64,000 bases of DNA from Gemmatimonadota bacterium (GTDB lineage: Bacteria > Gemmatimonadota > Gemmatimonadetes > Longimicrobiales > Gaopeijiaceae): the NCBI GenBank assembly GCA_022340865.1, contig JAJDNC010000061.1, positions 15,648 to 79,647 of the forward strand, given 5' to 3'. Positions 8,446 through 18,196 of this stretch are shown here, piece by piece. Within the stretch, counting starts at the first letter, position 1; each line of letters starts with the position of its first letter. The notes under the pieces were generated by a model. The model was not told where the DNA came from. It saw nothing but the letters and a program-made list of their open reading frames with translations, and did not search any database. A program made the translations under genes and the position numbers.

Positions 8446-11184
8446 ATGGCGGGCGACGAGACCGCGGAGGCCGACGACCCGCCGGTCGGCCATCCGCGAC
8501 CGGTGGATGTCTCCATCGTCCTCCCGGCGAGGAACGAGGCCGGCATCATCGCGAACGCGGTGCATCGCGTCTCGGAGGTCCTGGACCGCGTGGGTCGATC
8601 CTGGGAGATCGTCGTCGTGGACTCCGCCTCGGAGGACGGAACCGGCGAGCGGGTCCGGGAGCTCGGATCGAGACGGGTGCGGCTCGTCCGGGTGGAGCAG
8701 CCCGGAAAGGGTGCCGCCATCGGGGCGGGACTCCACGCCGCCCGCGGCCGCTACATCGGCTTCCTGGACAGCGACCTGGAGATCGATCCCGCCGAGCTGC
8801 CGCGCTTCATCCACGCTCTGGACGACGGTGCCGACGCTGCCATCGCAGCCAAGACGGATCGCGCCGGGGAGCGCGCGCTTCGGCGCCAACTCTCCACGGT
8901 CGTGTACAACCGCTTCGCGCGGATCCTCCTCGGTACCCCCTACGCCGACCACCAGGGAGGGATGAAGCTGTTTCGCGGCGACGCGGCCGCCATCGCCAGA
9001 AGCGTCGAGTGCACGGGGTGGTTCTGGGACACGGAGGTCCTGGTCGGCCTGGCCCGCCACCGCTGCACGGTCCGGGAAGTGCCCGTGACCGTGGAAGCGC
9101 GCCGCGAAGCGCGACTGTCCATGGTCCCCGTCACGCTCGAGCTGCTGCGAGGGCTCGTCCGCCTGCGCGGCAGGAGGCTCTTCAGGGGCGATGCCGCGGA
9201 CGCGAGCGGCAGGCCGCATGCACAGCAAGGCGACCACGCACAGGCACCCGCGGGGGGACCCGTGGGAGCACGCCCCCCGGGGCGCCCCTGGGGACTCCTT
9301 GCCGCCCTCGCGTGCGCCGTGGCGATCCTGGCCCTCCTCCACCCCCGGCTCCTCCTCACGGACACCACCCCTGCGGGCTATGATCTCAGCGGCCACGTTT
9401 ATCCCCTCTGGGTAGCGGTGCAACGCCTCCTCCACACGGGCCGGACGCACGGATGGAGCGACGGATGGTTCGCGGGCTTCCCCCTCTTCTACTTCTACTT
9501 TCCGCTCCCGGCATACGTCGCCGCGGCTCTCACACCGCTGCTCGGCTTCGCTCCCGCGTTCAAGGTGATGTCCGTGTGCGGCGTCGCCGCCTTCCCGCTG
9601 ACGGCCTACTGGCTGCTGCGCGAGATGCGGATGGGGGAGGCAGCCACGGCCACAGCGACGGTGGTGGCCTCGGGCTTCCTCTTCACCCGCTACGTCGACC
9701 TCGGCGGAAACATCCCTTCCACGATGGGCGGCGAGTTCGCGTACGGGCTCTCCCTCTCGTTGTCGCTGGCGTACGTCGCGGCCCTGCTCCGCGCCGTCCG
9801 GCGTCCGCGGGATCGAGTCGCGATGGGGCTGGCCGCCGTCTTCCTCGCGGCGACGGCCCTCTCGCACACCCTCACGACGGTGGCGGTGGTGCTGGGCGTC
9901 GCCCCCCTCCTTCTCCACCGGCGCGGCCGCGTGCCCGTGCTGGTGTCCTGGGCCCTGGGATTCCTGCTGACGGCCTTCTGGTCCGTCCCGTTCGTCGTGC
10001 GCTCGGGCCTCATGTGGGCCCCGTTCCCGGGGACGACTCCCACGTGGCCCCGCGTGCTTCCACTCACCGTAGCGGTGGTCGCGCCGTTCGCGTTGGCAGG
10101 GTTCTGGGTCATGCGCCACTCGCGCGCCGCCATGACCATCGCGTGGCTCGGGCTCGTGAGCCTCCTGGCCGCCGCCGTTCCACAGCGCGCGTTCCTGGCG
10201 TTGCGGTTCCTCCCCTACTGGTACCTGGCGCTCTTCCTCTTCGCCGGCGTGGCGGCGGGCCTCCTGGTGGAGGCCGCGCTGCGACGGCGCTCGGCGGCAC
10301 GAATGGCCGCGGCCGTCTTCCTGATCGTGATCCCCCTTCACGGTCTCCTCCGCGTCGGCTACCTGCACGGCTGGGCGGGCACCGAGTACGGCGGGCTGGA
10401 GCGAGGGCCGACCTGGCCGGTGCTCAGCCGCCTGGCCGGCGAGCTTCGCCGACTACCGCCCGGACGAGTCTACTGGGAGGACGACGCCCGCCTCTTCAGC
10501 CGTCTGGGATCGAGGCACATCCTCACCCTGATTCCGTACTGGGCGCCGGGCCACGACGCCCTGGGCGGCCTCTGGGTGGAGTCGTCACCGACCTCCGCCA
10601 CCGTCGCCGCCCTGCATCGGGAGATCGCCGGTGCCGGCGGAGTCGCCGGGGACGGGGCGCTCTGGCCGGCCATCGTCTCCAGGATGAGCTCGCTGGGAGT
10701 ACGCTACTTCATCGCCGTGCATCCCGAGTCGGTGGCCGCGCTGAGCACCTTGCCCGGCGTCAGGCTCGTGGGCTCGTCAGGACCCTTGATGCTGTTCGAG
10801 ATCCCGGCCGCTCCCCTGGTTCAGGCTCCCGCGGGTATGCCACCGGCCCGTGCCATCCGCATCTCCGACACGGAGATCCGATTCCATGCGGACACCCTGG
10901 GTGTCCCCTATCGCATCGTGGTGTCGTACTTCCCGAACTGGCGGGCGGAGGGGGGGACAGGCCCCCGGCGGGCCGGGACGCTCATGAGCGTGACCCCTAC
11001 CCGTCCCGATGTGCAGCTACGCTTCGGCACGACCTGGGCGGGATGGCTCGGCACCAGCTTGAGCATTCTGGCGGTGGTGGTCCTCGGCTTCATGGTCCTC
11101 GGTGGTCCTGGTCGAGCGAGGTACGGTCGGGAAAGCGCCGCGCAAGACGTCACTCCGGTCCCCGGGGAAGAGTCGAACGATTGA
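8446..11184 (+). CDS. Fusion protein: N-terminal GT2 polyprenyl-phosphate glycosyltransferase domain plus a large polytopic GT-C-like membrane domain
   Basis: The N-terminus has VSIVLPARNEAG...VVVDSASEDGT...FLDSDLE (GT2 DxD-type). About 13 predicted TM helices follow, with WSDGWFAGFPLFYFYFPLPAYVAA in the first loops, then a soluble C-terminal region and a final TM. The start is uncertain (ATG 8446 versus the ORF start at 8359). Confidence 0.7.
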   Translation: MAGDETAEADDPPVGHPRPVDVSIVLPARNEAGIIANAVHRVSEVLDRVGRSWEIVVVDSASEDGTGERVRELGSRRVRLVRVEQPGKGAAIGAGLHAARGRYIGFLDSDLEIDPAELPRFIHALDDGADAAIAAKTDRAGERALRRQLSTVVYNRFARILLGTPYADHQGGMKLFRGDAAAIARSVECTGWFWDTEVLVGLARHRCTVREVPVTVEARREARLSMVPVTLELLRGLVRLRGRRLFRGDAADASGRPHAQQGDHAQAPAGGPVGARPPGRPWGLLAALACAVAILALLHPRLLLTDTTPAGYDLSGHVYPLWVAVQRLLHTGRTHGWSDGWFAGFPLFYFYFPLPAYVAAALTPLLGFAPAFKVMSVCGVAAFPLTAYWLLREMRMGEAATATATVVASGFLFTRYVDLGGNIPSTMGGEFAYGLSLSLSLAYVAALLRAVRRPRDRVAMGLAAVFLAATALSHTLTTVAVVLGVAPLLLHRRGRVPVLVSWALGFLLTAFWSVPFVVRSGLMWAPFPGTTPTWPRVLPLTVAVVAPFALAGFWVMRHSRAAMTIAWLGLVSLLAAAVPQRAFLALRFLPYWYLALFLFAGVAAGLLVEAALRRRSAARMAAAVFLIVIPLHGLLRVGYLHGWAGTEYGGLERGPTWPVLSRLAGELRRLPPGRVYWEDDARLFSRLGSRHILTLIPYWAPGHDALGGLWVESSPTSATVAALHREIAGAGGVAGDGALWPAIVSRMSSLGVRYFIAVHPESVAALSTLPGVRLVGSSGPLMLFEIPAAPLVQAPAGMPPARAIRISDTEIRFHADTLGVPYRIVVSYFPNWRAEGGTGPRRAGTLMSVTPTRPDVQLRFGTTWAGWLGTSLSILAVVVLGFMVLGGPGRARYGRESAAQDVTPVPGEESND

Positions 11185-11303
11185 TGGCTTGGCGAGGGTC
11201 GCCCTCCTCGCCGGCGTTGTTGCGCTCCGCCGTCCGCGCTATGGTGCCGAGAACAGGGTGCCCGACACGGACGCGCGTGTCCGACCCTCCCAGAGGTCCG
11301 ACG

Positions 11304-13157
11304 ATGCCCAGTCGATCCATCCTCGCGCTCGCCGCCCTGGCGGCCGCGGCCGCCCCATTGGCTGCTCAGAAGCCGGTGATCACCAGCTCCGACCAGCTCC
11401 CGGTGCACACGTATCCCGTCACCGAGCCCGCGTCAGGCATGCTGCAGGACAGCGCGGCCATGGACCGGCTCTGCAGCGCGCTCGAGCGTGACCTGACCCA
11501 CGACCTGAGCCACTACCACATCGAGGACCAGGCCACCCGGCGCGACGACTACGCGGCCCTCTCCGATATCGCCGTCCTCCAGGGCCGCTACGCGGACGCT
11601 CTCGCCTACGCCGACAGCGGCCGGGCGCTCGAGAGCAAACCGGCAGCGCGTCTGTTCGACGGGGTCATGCTCCGGGCGTTCGTGGCGGCGGCGGAGGCCC
11701 CGCCGGCCCGAGCCAAGGAGACGTTCTCCGCGACGCTGGGGCGCGAGCTCGACGCACTACCCTACGATTCGGTGCAAGAGCAGTTGAAGTCGACCACGGG
11801 CAACCTTGCCTTGTTCACGCCGACCATGGTCACCGGCCTCGTCCACGGCCAGTACGACCCGGCCGCGGCGAGCGGCCATATCTCGCAGGACATCGCCGTC
11901 GCGCTGGTGCAGATGGCCGCAGGCCTCCGTCTCGCCTCACGCTATCGCGACGAAGCCATCGCCCAGCTCAATCGGGTGATCGACGCCCATCATGTGGAGA
12001 AGGCGGACATCTGGGCGGCCCGCGACGTGTCCCTGGACGGGGCCAGCGGGCTCACACCCGTGGTGGTTGCCATCAACGACGTGGGTACGGACGTCAGCCT
12101 CTTCCCGGGCCGCGTTTGGACGAATCGCCAGGAGATTCCGGGCAACGGCGAGGACGACGACCACGACGGCTACGTCGACGACGTCCACGGCATCGGTTGG
12201 AGTTGGAATGGCACCGAAGTGACGGGGTCGCTTCGTCCGCTCGCCCCGTTCAGCGCCGCGGAGATGAAGGCCGCCGAGGCCCAGATGGAGGGATTCCACG
12301 ATCTGCAGGCTCATCTCAACACGCCGGCCGCCCGGGCATTGCGGTCGAGGATGGCTTCGCTCAAGGCGGCCGAGGTGAAGCCGCTGTACGAGCGACTCGA
12401 GTTCTACGCGAACTATGCGCACGGGACGCACGTGGCGGGGATCGCGGTCCGCGGCAATCCGGCCATCCGGTTGCAGGTGGATCGGATGGAGTTTCCCTAT
12501 CAGATAATCCCGCCGGCGCCCACCGAGCAGTGGGCCGACGGCTTCGCCTCGGTCCTGCGCCGCACGGTCGCCTACTACGAGCGGACCGGGGTGCGCGTCG
12601 TGAACATGAGCTGGGGCTTCAGCCAGGATGACCTGCAGCAGTGGCTCGAAGCCAATCGCGTGGGCAAGTCGGATCAGGAGCGGAAGGCCATGGCGGCCCG
12701 CTACTACAACACGGTCGCGGACACCTTCCGCAACGCCATGGCGGGCGCGCCCGGGGTCCTCTTCGTCTCCGCGGCCGGAAACAGCAACAACAGCAACGCC
12801 TTCACCCGGACCGTCCCGGCGTCCTTCGATCTGCCGAACAGCATCACGGTGGGCGCGGTCGATCAGGCCGGCGACCAGGCGGCGTTCACCAGCTTCGGCA
12901 AGGTCGACGTGTACGCGGACGGCTACGAGGTCGAGAGCGTGCTCCCCGGCGGAGAGCACCAGAAGTGGAGCGGCACCAGCATGGCCGCTCCGCAGGTGGT
13001 GAACCTGGCCGCGAAGCTCCTCGCCGCCCATCCGCGGCTCAGCACCGCCGATCTGCGGCGGCTGATCATCGACGGAGCGGACACCAAGGTGGTGGGCGGA
13101 CGGACGATTCGCCTGCTCAACGAGAAGAAGTCGTTCGCGCTGGCGGGAGGCGAATAG
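11304..13157 (+). CDS. Peptidase S8 (subtilisin-like serine protease) with N-terminal helical domain
   Basis: Only the last third of listed ORF 9453-13157 is real. The start is MPSRSILALAALAAAAAPLAAQ (signal peptide). The catalytic motifs are VVAINDVGTD (Asp), HGTHVAGIA (His) and SGTSMAAPQVVN (Ser). Confidence 0.85.
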   Translation: MPSRSILALAALAAAAAPLAAQKPVITSSDQLPVHTYPVTEPASGMLQDSAAMDRLCSALERDLTHDLSHYHIEDQATRRDDYAALSDIAVLQGRYADALAYADSGRALESKPAARLFDGVMLRAFVAAAEAPPARAKETFSATLGRELDALPYDSVQEQLKSTTGNLALFTPTMVTGLVHGQYDPAAASGHISQDIAVALVQMAAGLRLASRYRDEAIAQLNRVIDAHHVEKADIWAARDVSLDGASGLTPVVVAINDVGTDVSLFPGRVWTNRQEIPGNGEDDDHDGYVDDVHGIGWSWNGTEVTGSLRPLAPFSAAEMKAAEAQMEGFHDLQAHLNTPAARALRSRMASLKAAEVKPLYERLEFYANYAHGTHVAGIAVRGNPAIRLQVDRMEFPYQIIPPAPTEQWADGFASVLRRTVAYYERTGVRVVNMSWGFSQDDLQQWLEANRVGKSDQERKAMAARYYNTVADTFRNAMAGAPGVLFVSAAGNSNNSNAFTRTVPASFDLPNSITVGAVDQAGDQAAFTSFGKVDVYADGYEVESVLPGGEHQKWSGTSMAAPQVVNLAAKLLAAHPRLSTADLRRLIIDGADTKVVGGRTIRLLNEKKSFALAGGE

Positions 13158-13188
13158 AGGCGAACGTCCGGGTCCGCCGAAGAAGTCT

Positions 13189-13434
13189 CTAGCCCGGCGG
13201 CGCCCGATAGTCCGACGACGTGCGGTACACGATCATCGACGGCATCGGATACCGAAGCCAGATCGCGCCGGGGACCGGGCAGACGTCCACGCAGCCGTTG
13301 AAGTGGACACACTCCCGCGGGTAGGTGATGACCGGCGTCTCGTGCTTCTTCGAGCCGAAGAAGACGTCCTCGGTGCAGATGTTCACGCACCGGTCACACT
13401 TGATGCACAGGTCCGGGTTGATGATGGGTGGCAT
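13189..13434 (-). CDS. Small [4Fe-4S] ferredoxin-type subunit (AprB-like partner of the adjacent flavoprotein)
   Basis: The start is MPPIINPDLCIKCDRCVNIC (a CxxCxxCxxxC motif). The second motif, ECVHFNGCVDVCP, has only three Cys. The start overlaps the stop of the upstream gene (TGATG). Confidence 0.7.
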   Translation of the reverse strand: MPPIINPDLCIKCDRCVNICTEDVFFGSKKHETPVITYPRECVHFNGCVDVCPVPGAIWLRYPMPSMIVYRTSSDYRAPPG

Positions 13435-15071
13435 CAGTAGCTCCTCCAATCCGTGACCGGCCGGTCCCCTTCCATACGGACGATGTGGGCCTGGCTGAGG
13501 AGGGGGTTCTTGAACGGATAGTCGGGGCGGTTGTGCAGGCCGCGGCTCTCCCTGCGATCCAACGCGGCGTGGAAGGTCAGCTCACCCACATCGAAGAGGT
13601 TGTGTACCTCGAGGCATCGGCCGAGCTCGTGCTGGTTACGCGCCATAAGCTCGGTGTCGACCTTCTGCCTGAGCCTCCGCAGGTGGGCCAGCCCCTGGAG
13701 CAGGCGGGCCTCGTTCCTCACCTTGCCGGCGTAGTCGGTCATGACCTGCTGCAGGGCGATGTTGGCCTCCTCCCAATCGGGACCGTTCCCGCGTCCACGC
13801 AGCTCGTCGATCCTCGACTCGAGGGCGGCGATGATGGGCCGCGTGACCTCCACATCCCCGTGCTCGACGGTCCGTGCGTACGCCACGGCGGTGTCACCGC
13901 TGATCCATCCGAAGGTCGCGGCCGCCGAGATGTCCCCCATCGCCTCGTCACCGGCGGCATACAGACCCGGGAGGCTGGTCTCGGCCTTCTCGTTGGCGAC
14001 GATGAGCCCACCGCCTCTCAGGGGATACGTGGAGAACTCGATGGGGTGCTTCCGGGGATCGATCCCCTCAGCGTCCATGTGGTCCACCAGCGAGACGTTC
14101 CCCTCGTGGATGTGCCAGTGCCGCATGTAGGCTGCGTCCTTGTCGGAGATCCCCGTGCAGTCCATGTAAACGGGGCCCCGGCCGCGCTCGCCGTACTGCT
14201 CCGGCGCGAGCTTGTTGACCTCCATGACGATGTCGCCGTAGCGGCGATCCGGCTCGCTCACGAAGGGGCCCACCGGCTTGCCCTCGGCGTCCCTCAAGAC
14301 GCCCACCCACGTCGCCTGACCAAACTTGGCGAAGTACTTCGGCCCGATGTGGCGCTGGGGCATCTCGACGTTCATGAGCTCGGCGCCGGCCCGGTACGCC
14401 ATCGCCCGACCGTCCCCCGTCTGAACGCCGCCATGGCCGTCGTTGAACATCATGCCCGGCGTGAGACCCTGATAGAGGCGGGAGCACTTGCCGGTGCCGA
14501 GGATCACCGCCTTCGCCTGGAAGACGAAGACCGTGTCCTCTCGCGTGTGGACGCCGACCGCGCCGATGACGCGGTCACCGTCGCGCAGCAGCTCGTCCAC
14601 CATGATGCGGTCCATGATCCTGGCGCCGCGCTTCCGCGCCTGCTGCACCAGGACGGTCTTCTGAAAGCGACCCTCGTACTTGATGTGGGTCATCATCCGT
14701 CCCGGGAAGGCATGGCCGGCGAACTCCCACTTGCCCTTCTGACGCATGGGGATGCCCCACTCGTCCCAGAGCTCGACGATCTCGTGGGCCTTGCCGAACT
14801 GGGCCCGCAGGATGTCACGGCCGATGAGGATCTCCCCCTTCGCCGTCTTGAGGAGCTCGTCGATGAACTTCTCCTTGTCGGCGCCGTGGACCTCCGGAAT
14901 CCAGGTCTCGAAGTGGTCGTTTCCGCGACGGCCGCAGCCGCTGTAGTGGGGGTTGCCCTTCTCCGCGACGACGACGTTCGCGCCGAGCTCCGAGGCGCGG
15001 ATCGCCGCCATGAGGCCCGCGATCCCACCCCCCACGCAGAGCACGTCACACTCGATGAGCTGTTCTTCCAT
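13434..15071 (-). CDS. FAD-dependent oxidoreductase of the fumarate reductase/succinate dehydrogenase/AprA flavoprotein superfamily
   Basis: The start is MEEQLIECDVLCVGGGIAGLMAAIRASELGANVVVAEK (Rossmann GxGxxG). The C-terminus has SLPGLYAAGDEA and RRESRGLHNR motifs typical of this superfamily. The longest ORF (to 15305) adds an implausible extension. Confidence 0.75.
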   Translation of the reverse strand: MEEQLIECDVLCVGGGIAGLMAAIRASELGANVVVAEKGNPHYSGCGRRGNDHFETWIPEVHGADKEKFIDELLKTAKGEILIGRDILRAQFGKAHEIVELWDEWGIPMRQKGKWEFAGHAFPGRMMTHIKYEGRFQKTVLVQQARKRGARIMDRIMVDELLRDGDRVIGAVGVHTREDTVFVFQAKAVILGTGKCSRLYQGLTPGMMFNDGHGGVQTGDGRAMAYRAGAELMNVEMPQRHIGPKYFAKFGQATWVGVLRDAEGKPVGPFVSEPDRRYGDIVMEVNKLAPEQYGERGRGPVYMDCTGISDKDAAYMRHWHIHEGNVSLVDHMDAEGIDPRKHPIEFSTYPLRGGGLIVANEKAETSLPGLYAAGDEAMGDISAAATFGWISGDTAVAYARTVEHGDVEVTRPIIAALESRIDELRGRGNGPDWEEANIALQQVMTDYAGKVRNEARLLQGLAHLRRLRQKVDTELMARNQHELGRCLEVHNLFDVGELTFHAALDRRESRGLHNRPDYPFKNPLLSQAHIVRMEGDRPVTDWRSY

Positions 15072-15321
15072 TGGGATTGCCCACAACCGCCCGAGGAACT
15101 CCTGACCCCTTCGAGGACGTCTCTCCCCGCACCTCGACGGGCGGCTCCGAACTTGGGGGCCCTCCTTGCTCGGTGCCAGTATGGCCTCCCGGAGCGGCGC
15201 AGGCGCGCCACCCCCGGCGCTCGGGAGTGCCGCTCCCTGGCTTTCGGGGGACGGCCCCAGGCCTCCGGTTGTGCGGATGCATCTGCTGGCCGGAGACGGC
15301 TCCAAGCCTCAGCTTGTGCGG

Positions 15322-16665
15322 ATGCAGGAACGGCCGGAGGGGACACGGCTCGAGCGTGCGATGACGCTCAACCACGCCACGGCGATGGTCGTCGGCACGA
15401 TCATCGGCGCGGCCATCTTCGTGCAGCCCTCGGAGATCACGGGCCAGGTGCCGTCCGTATCCCTGGTCTTCGCGGTATGGGCGGCTGCCGGCGTCCTCTC
15501 GCTCTTCGGTGCCCTGGTCTGCGCCGAGCTGGCCTCCACGTTTCCCGCGTCGGGCGGAGTGTACGTCTACCTGCGCGAGTCCTTCTCGCCCGCGCTCGGC
15601 TTCCTGTGGGGCTGGGCGATGTTCTGGACGATGCACACCGGGATCATCGCGGCGATCTCGGTCATCTTCGCCCGCTACCTGGGGTTCTTCGTGCCCCTCG
15701 GCGGCGGCGGCACGCGGATCGTGGCGATGGCCGCCGTCCTGCTCCTCTCCTGGGTCAACTATCGGGGCGTGCGCCACGGAAGCGTGCTGCAGGCGGCGTT
15801 CACGTGGACCAAGGTCGGTGTGATCCTCGTCATCATCGCCGTGGGCCTCGCCATGGGCGGCCACGCGCACCAGGCGGTGGTGGCGAGCGCCGCACCTCCG
15901 CGGGTGGGCGGCATGAGCGTATCCGCCTTCGGGGTGGCCCTCGTGGCGGGCCTCTTCGCGTTCGGCGGTTGGCACATGGTCACCTACACCGCCGAGGAGA
16001 CGCAGAACCCGCGGAAGACGCTTCCACGGGCGCTCGTCCTCGGCATGGTGCTGGTCACCGCCCTCTACATCGCGCTCAACGCGATCTATCTGTACCTGCT
16101 GCCCTTCCACGCGGTAGCGACGTCCACGCGAGTGGCGGCCGACGCTGCGGACGCGGTGTTCGGAAGAGGAGGCGGAGGCGTCATGTCCGCGGTCGTGCTC
16201 TTCTCGACCCTCGGAGCCGTATCCGGGATCATCCTCACCGGCCCCCGCGTCTACTACGCCATGGCCCAGGACGGTCTGCTCTTCCGGTGGGCCGGAGAGA
16301 TCCACCCCAGGTACCACACACCTCACAAGGCCATCGTCGCACAGGCGCTCTGGGCCTGCGTCCTGGTGGCCACCGGCACCTATCGGGCGCTCTTCACGCG
16401 GGTGATCTACACGGAGTGGATCTTCTTCGGCCTCATGGCCGTCGGGCTCCTCATCATCCGGCGCCGCGACGACGTCACCAGGGAGTACTCGATCTGGGGA
16501 TATCCCTGGGTGCCGCTCGTCTTCTCGCTGGCGGCCTTCGGCATCGCCGTGAACCAGGTGATCGCCGACCCGGTGGGCAGCGCGGTCGGGTCGGGGCTCG
16601 TCCTCGTCGGCCTGCCGGTCTACTACTACTGGTCGCGGGGGCGGGAGGCGCGGAAGCAGGCATAG
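15322..16665 (+). CDS. APC-superfamily amino-acid permease
   Basis: It has ATAMVVGTIIGAAIFVQPSEI and about 12 TM segments, with a GGVYVYLRE motif. The start is either ATG 15322 or ATG 15361. Confidence 0.8.
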   Translation: MQERPEGTRLERAMTLNHATAMVVGTIIGAAIFVQPSEITGQVPSVSLVFAVWAAAGVLSLFGALVCAELASTFPASGGVYVYLRESFSPALGFLWGWAMFWTMHTGIIAAISVIFARYLGFFVPLGGGGTRIVAMAAVLLLSWVNYRGVRHGSVLQAAFTWTKVGVILVIIAVGLAMGGHAHQAVVASAAPPRVGGMSVSAFGVALVAGLFAFGGWHMVTYTAEETQNPRKTLPRALVLGMVLVTALYIALNAIYLYLLPFHAVATSTRVAADAADAVFGRGGGGVMSAVVLFSTLGAVSGIILTGPRVYYAMAQDGLLFRWAGEIHPRYHTPHKAIVAQALWACVLVATGTYRALFTRVIYTEWIFFGLMAVGLLIIRRRDDVTREYSIWGYPWVPLVFSLAAFGIAVNQVIADPVGSAVGSGLVLVGLPVYYYWSRGREARKQA

Positions 16666-16708
16666 CGGCGCGCACGGCGTCGCACGTCACGTTGCAGGGC
16701 GGTGGGGG

Positions 16709-16739
16709 GCCGTGCACCATTTCCACCGGGGGGCACGGC
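16709..16739 (+). terminator. Candidate hairpin downstream of the permease gene
   Basis: A perfect 7-bp inverted repeat, GCCGTGC ... GCACGGC, lies about 45 nt after the stop. There is no U-tract. Confidence 0.3.
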
Positions 16740-16960
16740 ACCGTCCGGCGGTGCGGTGCAGCCGACGTCTGAATCCGCGAACGGGAAGGACCGCTCACGC
16801 ATGGAGGACAGACCGTGGCAGGACGAGCGGGAGCTCATCCCACCTCCGGCGTCCAACTGGCAGGTATCCCCGGGATGGCCGCGGCAACGCCTTTCGTCGT
16901 GGTGAGCATCATACTCGTATAGATGCTCTACATAAGGGACACTGAGTCTCGGGAGGCTCC

Positions 16961-18196
16961 TTGAAACTCCTGTCCCATCGGACCCCGGCCACGGCGGTGG
17001 TCGCCTGCCCGGACTGCGGCGCGGTGCAGCGGATCCCGGCCCTCGATCTGGGGGACCTGGCCGAGTGCCGCCGGTGCGGCCGGACCCTGGAGCGGTCCGC
17101 CGACCTCAGCCTGACGGTCGCCCTGGCCTGGTCCACGACGGTGCTGCTCCTCCTCTTCCCGGCCAACATCTTCCCCCTCATGAGCGCCTCGGTGCCGGGT
17201 CGCGTCCACGAAGCGACGCTCGCCTCGGCCATCAGCGCGGTCTGGTCCGACGGCTGGCCCGTGATGGCCCTGATGCTGGGGGCCTTCATCCTCGTCCTGC
17301 CCTTCGTGTGGGCTGCTCTGCGAACGCTGGTCCTGGCGATCGTACACACCGACTGGCGCCCGCAGTGGCTCGGTCCCGTCTTCCGGATCGAGCAGGCGAT
17401 CCAACTTTGGGCCATCCCCGAGGTGCTCGTCGTGGCCGGCTTCGTGGTCTACATGAGGACGGCCGCACAGACGTCGGGACACGTGGAGACGGGAGGATGG
17501 TGCCTCATCGCCGCCGGCATCATCTCGACCATCGGCCGCCGCATCTTCACGGCGGAGACCGTCTGGCAGGAGATCCTACCCGAGCGCGAGGTCCCGGTGG
17601 GTGCCAGTCCGGTATCCTGCGAGGTGTGCGAGATGATCCTCCCCTCCTCCCACGAGGGCGAGCCGTGCCCCCGCTGCCGACGCCGACTGCGTCTGCGGAA
17701 GACGGACTCCCTCAGTCGGACCGGCGCGCTCGTCGTGGCCGGCTACGTCCTCTACTTCCCGGCGTACTACTATCCGATGAGCTATACCGTCAGGATGGGA
17801 AGCGTGCAGGAGCGGACGATCATGGACGGCGTCAAGCTGCTCTTCCAGGCGAATTTCTGGTACCTGGCCGTCATCGTGATCATCGCGAGCATCTGCATAC
17901 CGTTCCTCAAGCTGGTGGGGATGAGCTGGCTCATCGTGAGCGTCCATCGCCGGGCCGACACCCACATGGCGCTCAAGACGCGGGTCTACCGGGCCATCCA
18001 CAGCATCGGCCGCTGGTCCTACGTCGACCCCCTCATCGTTGCGCTCAGTATTCCGCTCCTCTCCTTCTCCGGGTTCGTCTCGGTCCACATGGATATCGCC
18101 GCCCTGCCGTTCGCGCTCGTCGTCGTCGTCACCATGCTGGCCGCCCGCACCTTCGACCCCCGGCTCCTGTGGGACGTGGCGGAGGGACGCACATGA
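16961..18196 (+). CDS. pqiA: Paraquat-inducible protein A (PqiA) family membrane protein
   Basis: It has a TTG start. Two tandem halves each begin with a zinc-ribbon-like CxxC...CxxC motif (CPDCGAV...CRRCG and CEVCEMI...CPRCRRRL) followed by TM helices. Confidence 0.8.
   Translation: MKLLSHRTPATAVVACPDCGAVQRIPALDLGDLAECRRCGRTLERSADLSLTVALAWSTTVLLLLFPANIFPLMSASVPGRVHEATLASAISAVWSDGWPVMALMLGAFILVLPFVWAALRTLVLAIVHTDWRPQWLGPVFRIEQAIQLWAIPEVLVVAGFVVYMRTAAQTSGHVETGGWCLIAAGIISTIGRRIFTAETVWQEILPEREVPVGASPVSCEVCEMILPSSHEGEPCPRCRRRLRLRKTDSLSRTGALVVAGYVLYFPAYYYPMSYTVRMGSVQERTIMDGVKLLFQANFWYLAVIVIIASICIPFLKLVGMSWLIVSVHRRADTHMALKTRVYRAIHSIGRWSYVDPLIVALSIPLLSFSGFVSVHMDIAALPFALVVVVTMLAARTFDPRLLWDVAEGRT

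Noticed and set aside
9453-11303. The 5' two-thirds of the listed 1234-aa ORF 9453-13157
   Set aside because: It overlaps the GT2/GT-C fusion gene in another frame and is Arg/Pro/Gly-rich. The protein only becomes credible at ATG 11304, where a signal peptide and then S8 catalytic motifs appear. Similar 5' trimming was applied to 17065-19821, 18249-20429, 30539-32053, 32061-33524, 40932-42554, 46932-48356, 50968-51876, 51633-53003, 54575-56764, 57932-61360 and 5433-6920.
13428-16772. A 1114-aa plus-strand ORF, the longest uninterrupted frame in the area
   Set aside because: It spans two well-supported genes, antisense to the flavoprotein gene and off-frame to the permease gene, plus an intergenic region. 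Its composition is Arg/Gly/Ala/Pro junk with no domains. The same reasoning applies to 15046-16326(-).
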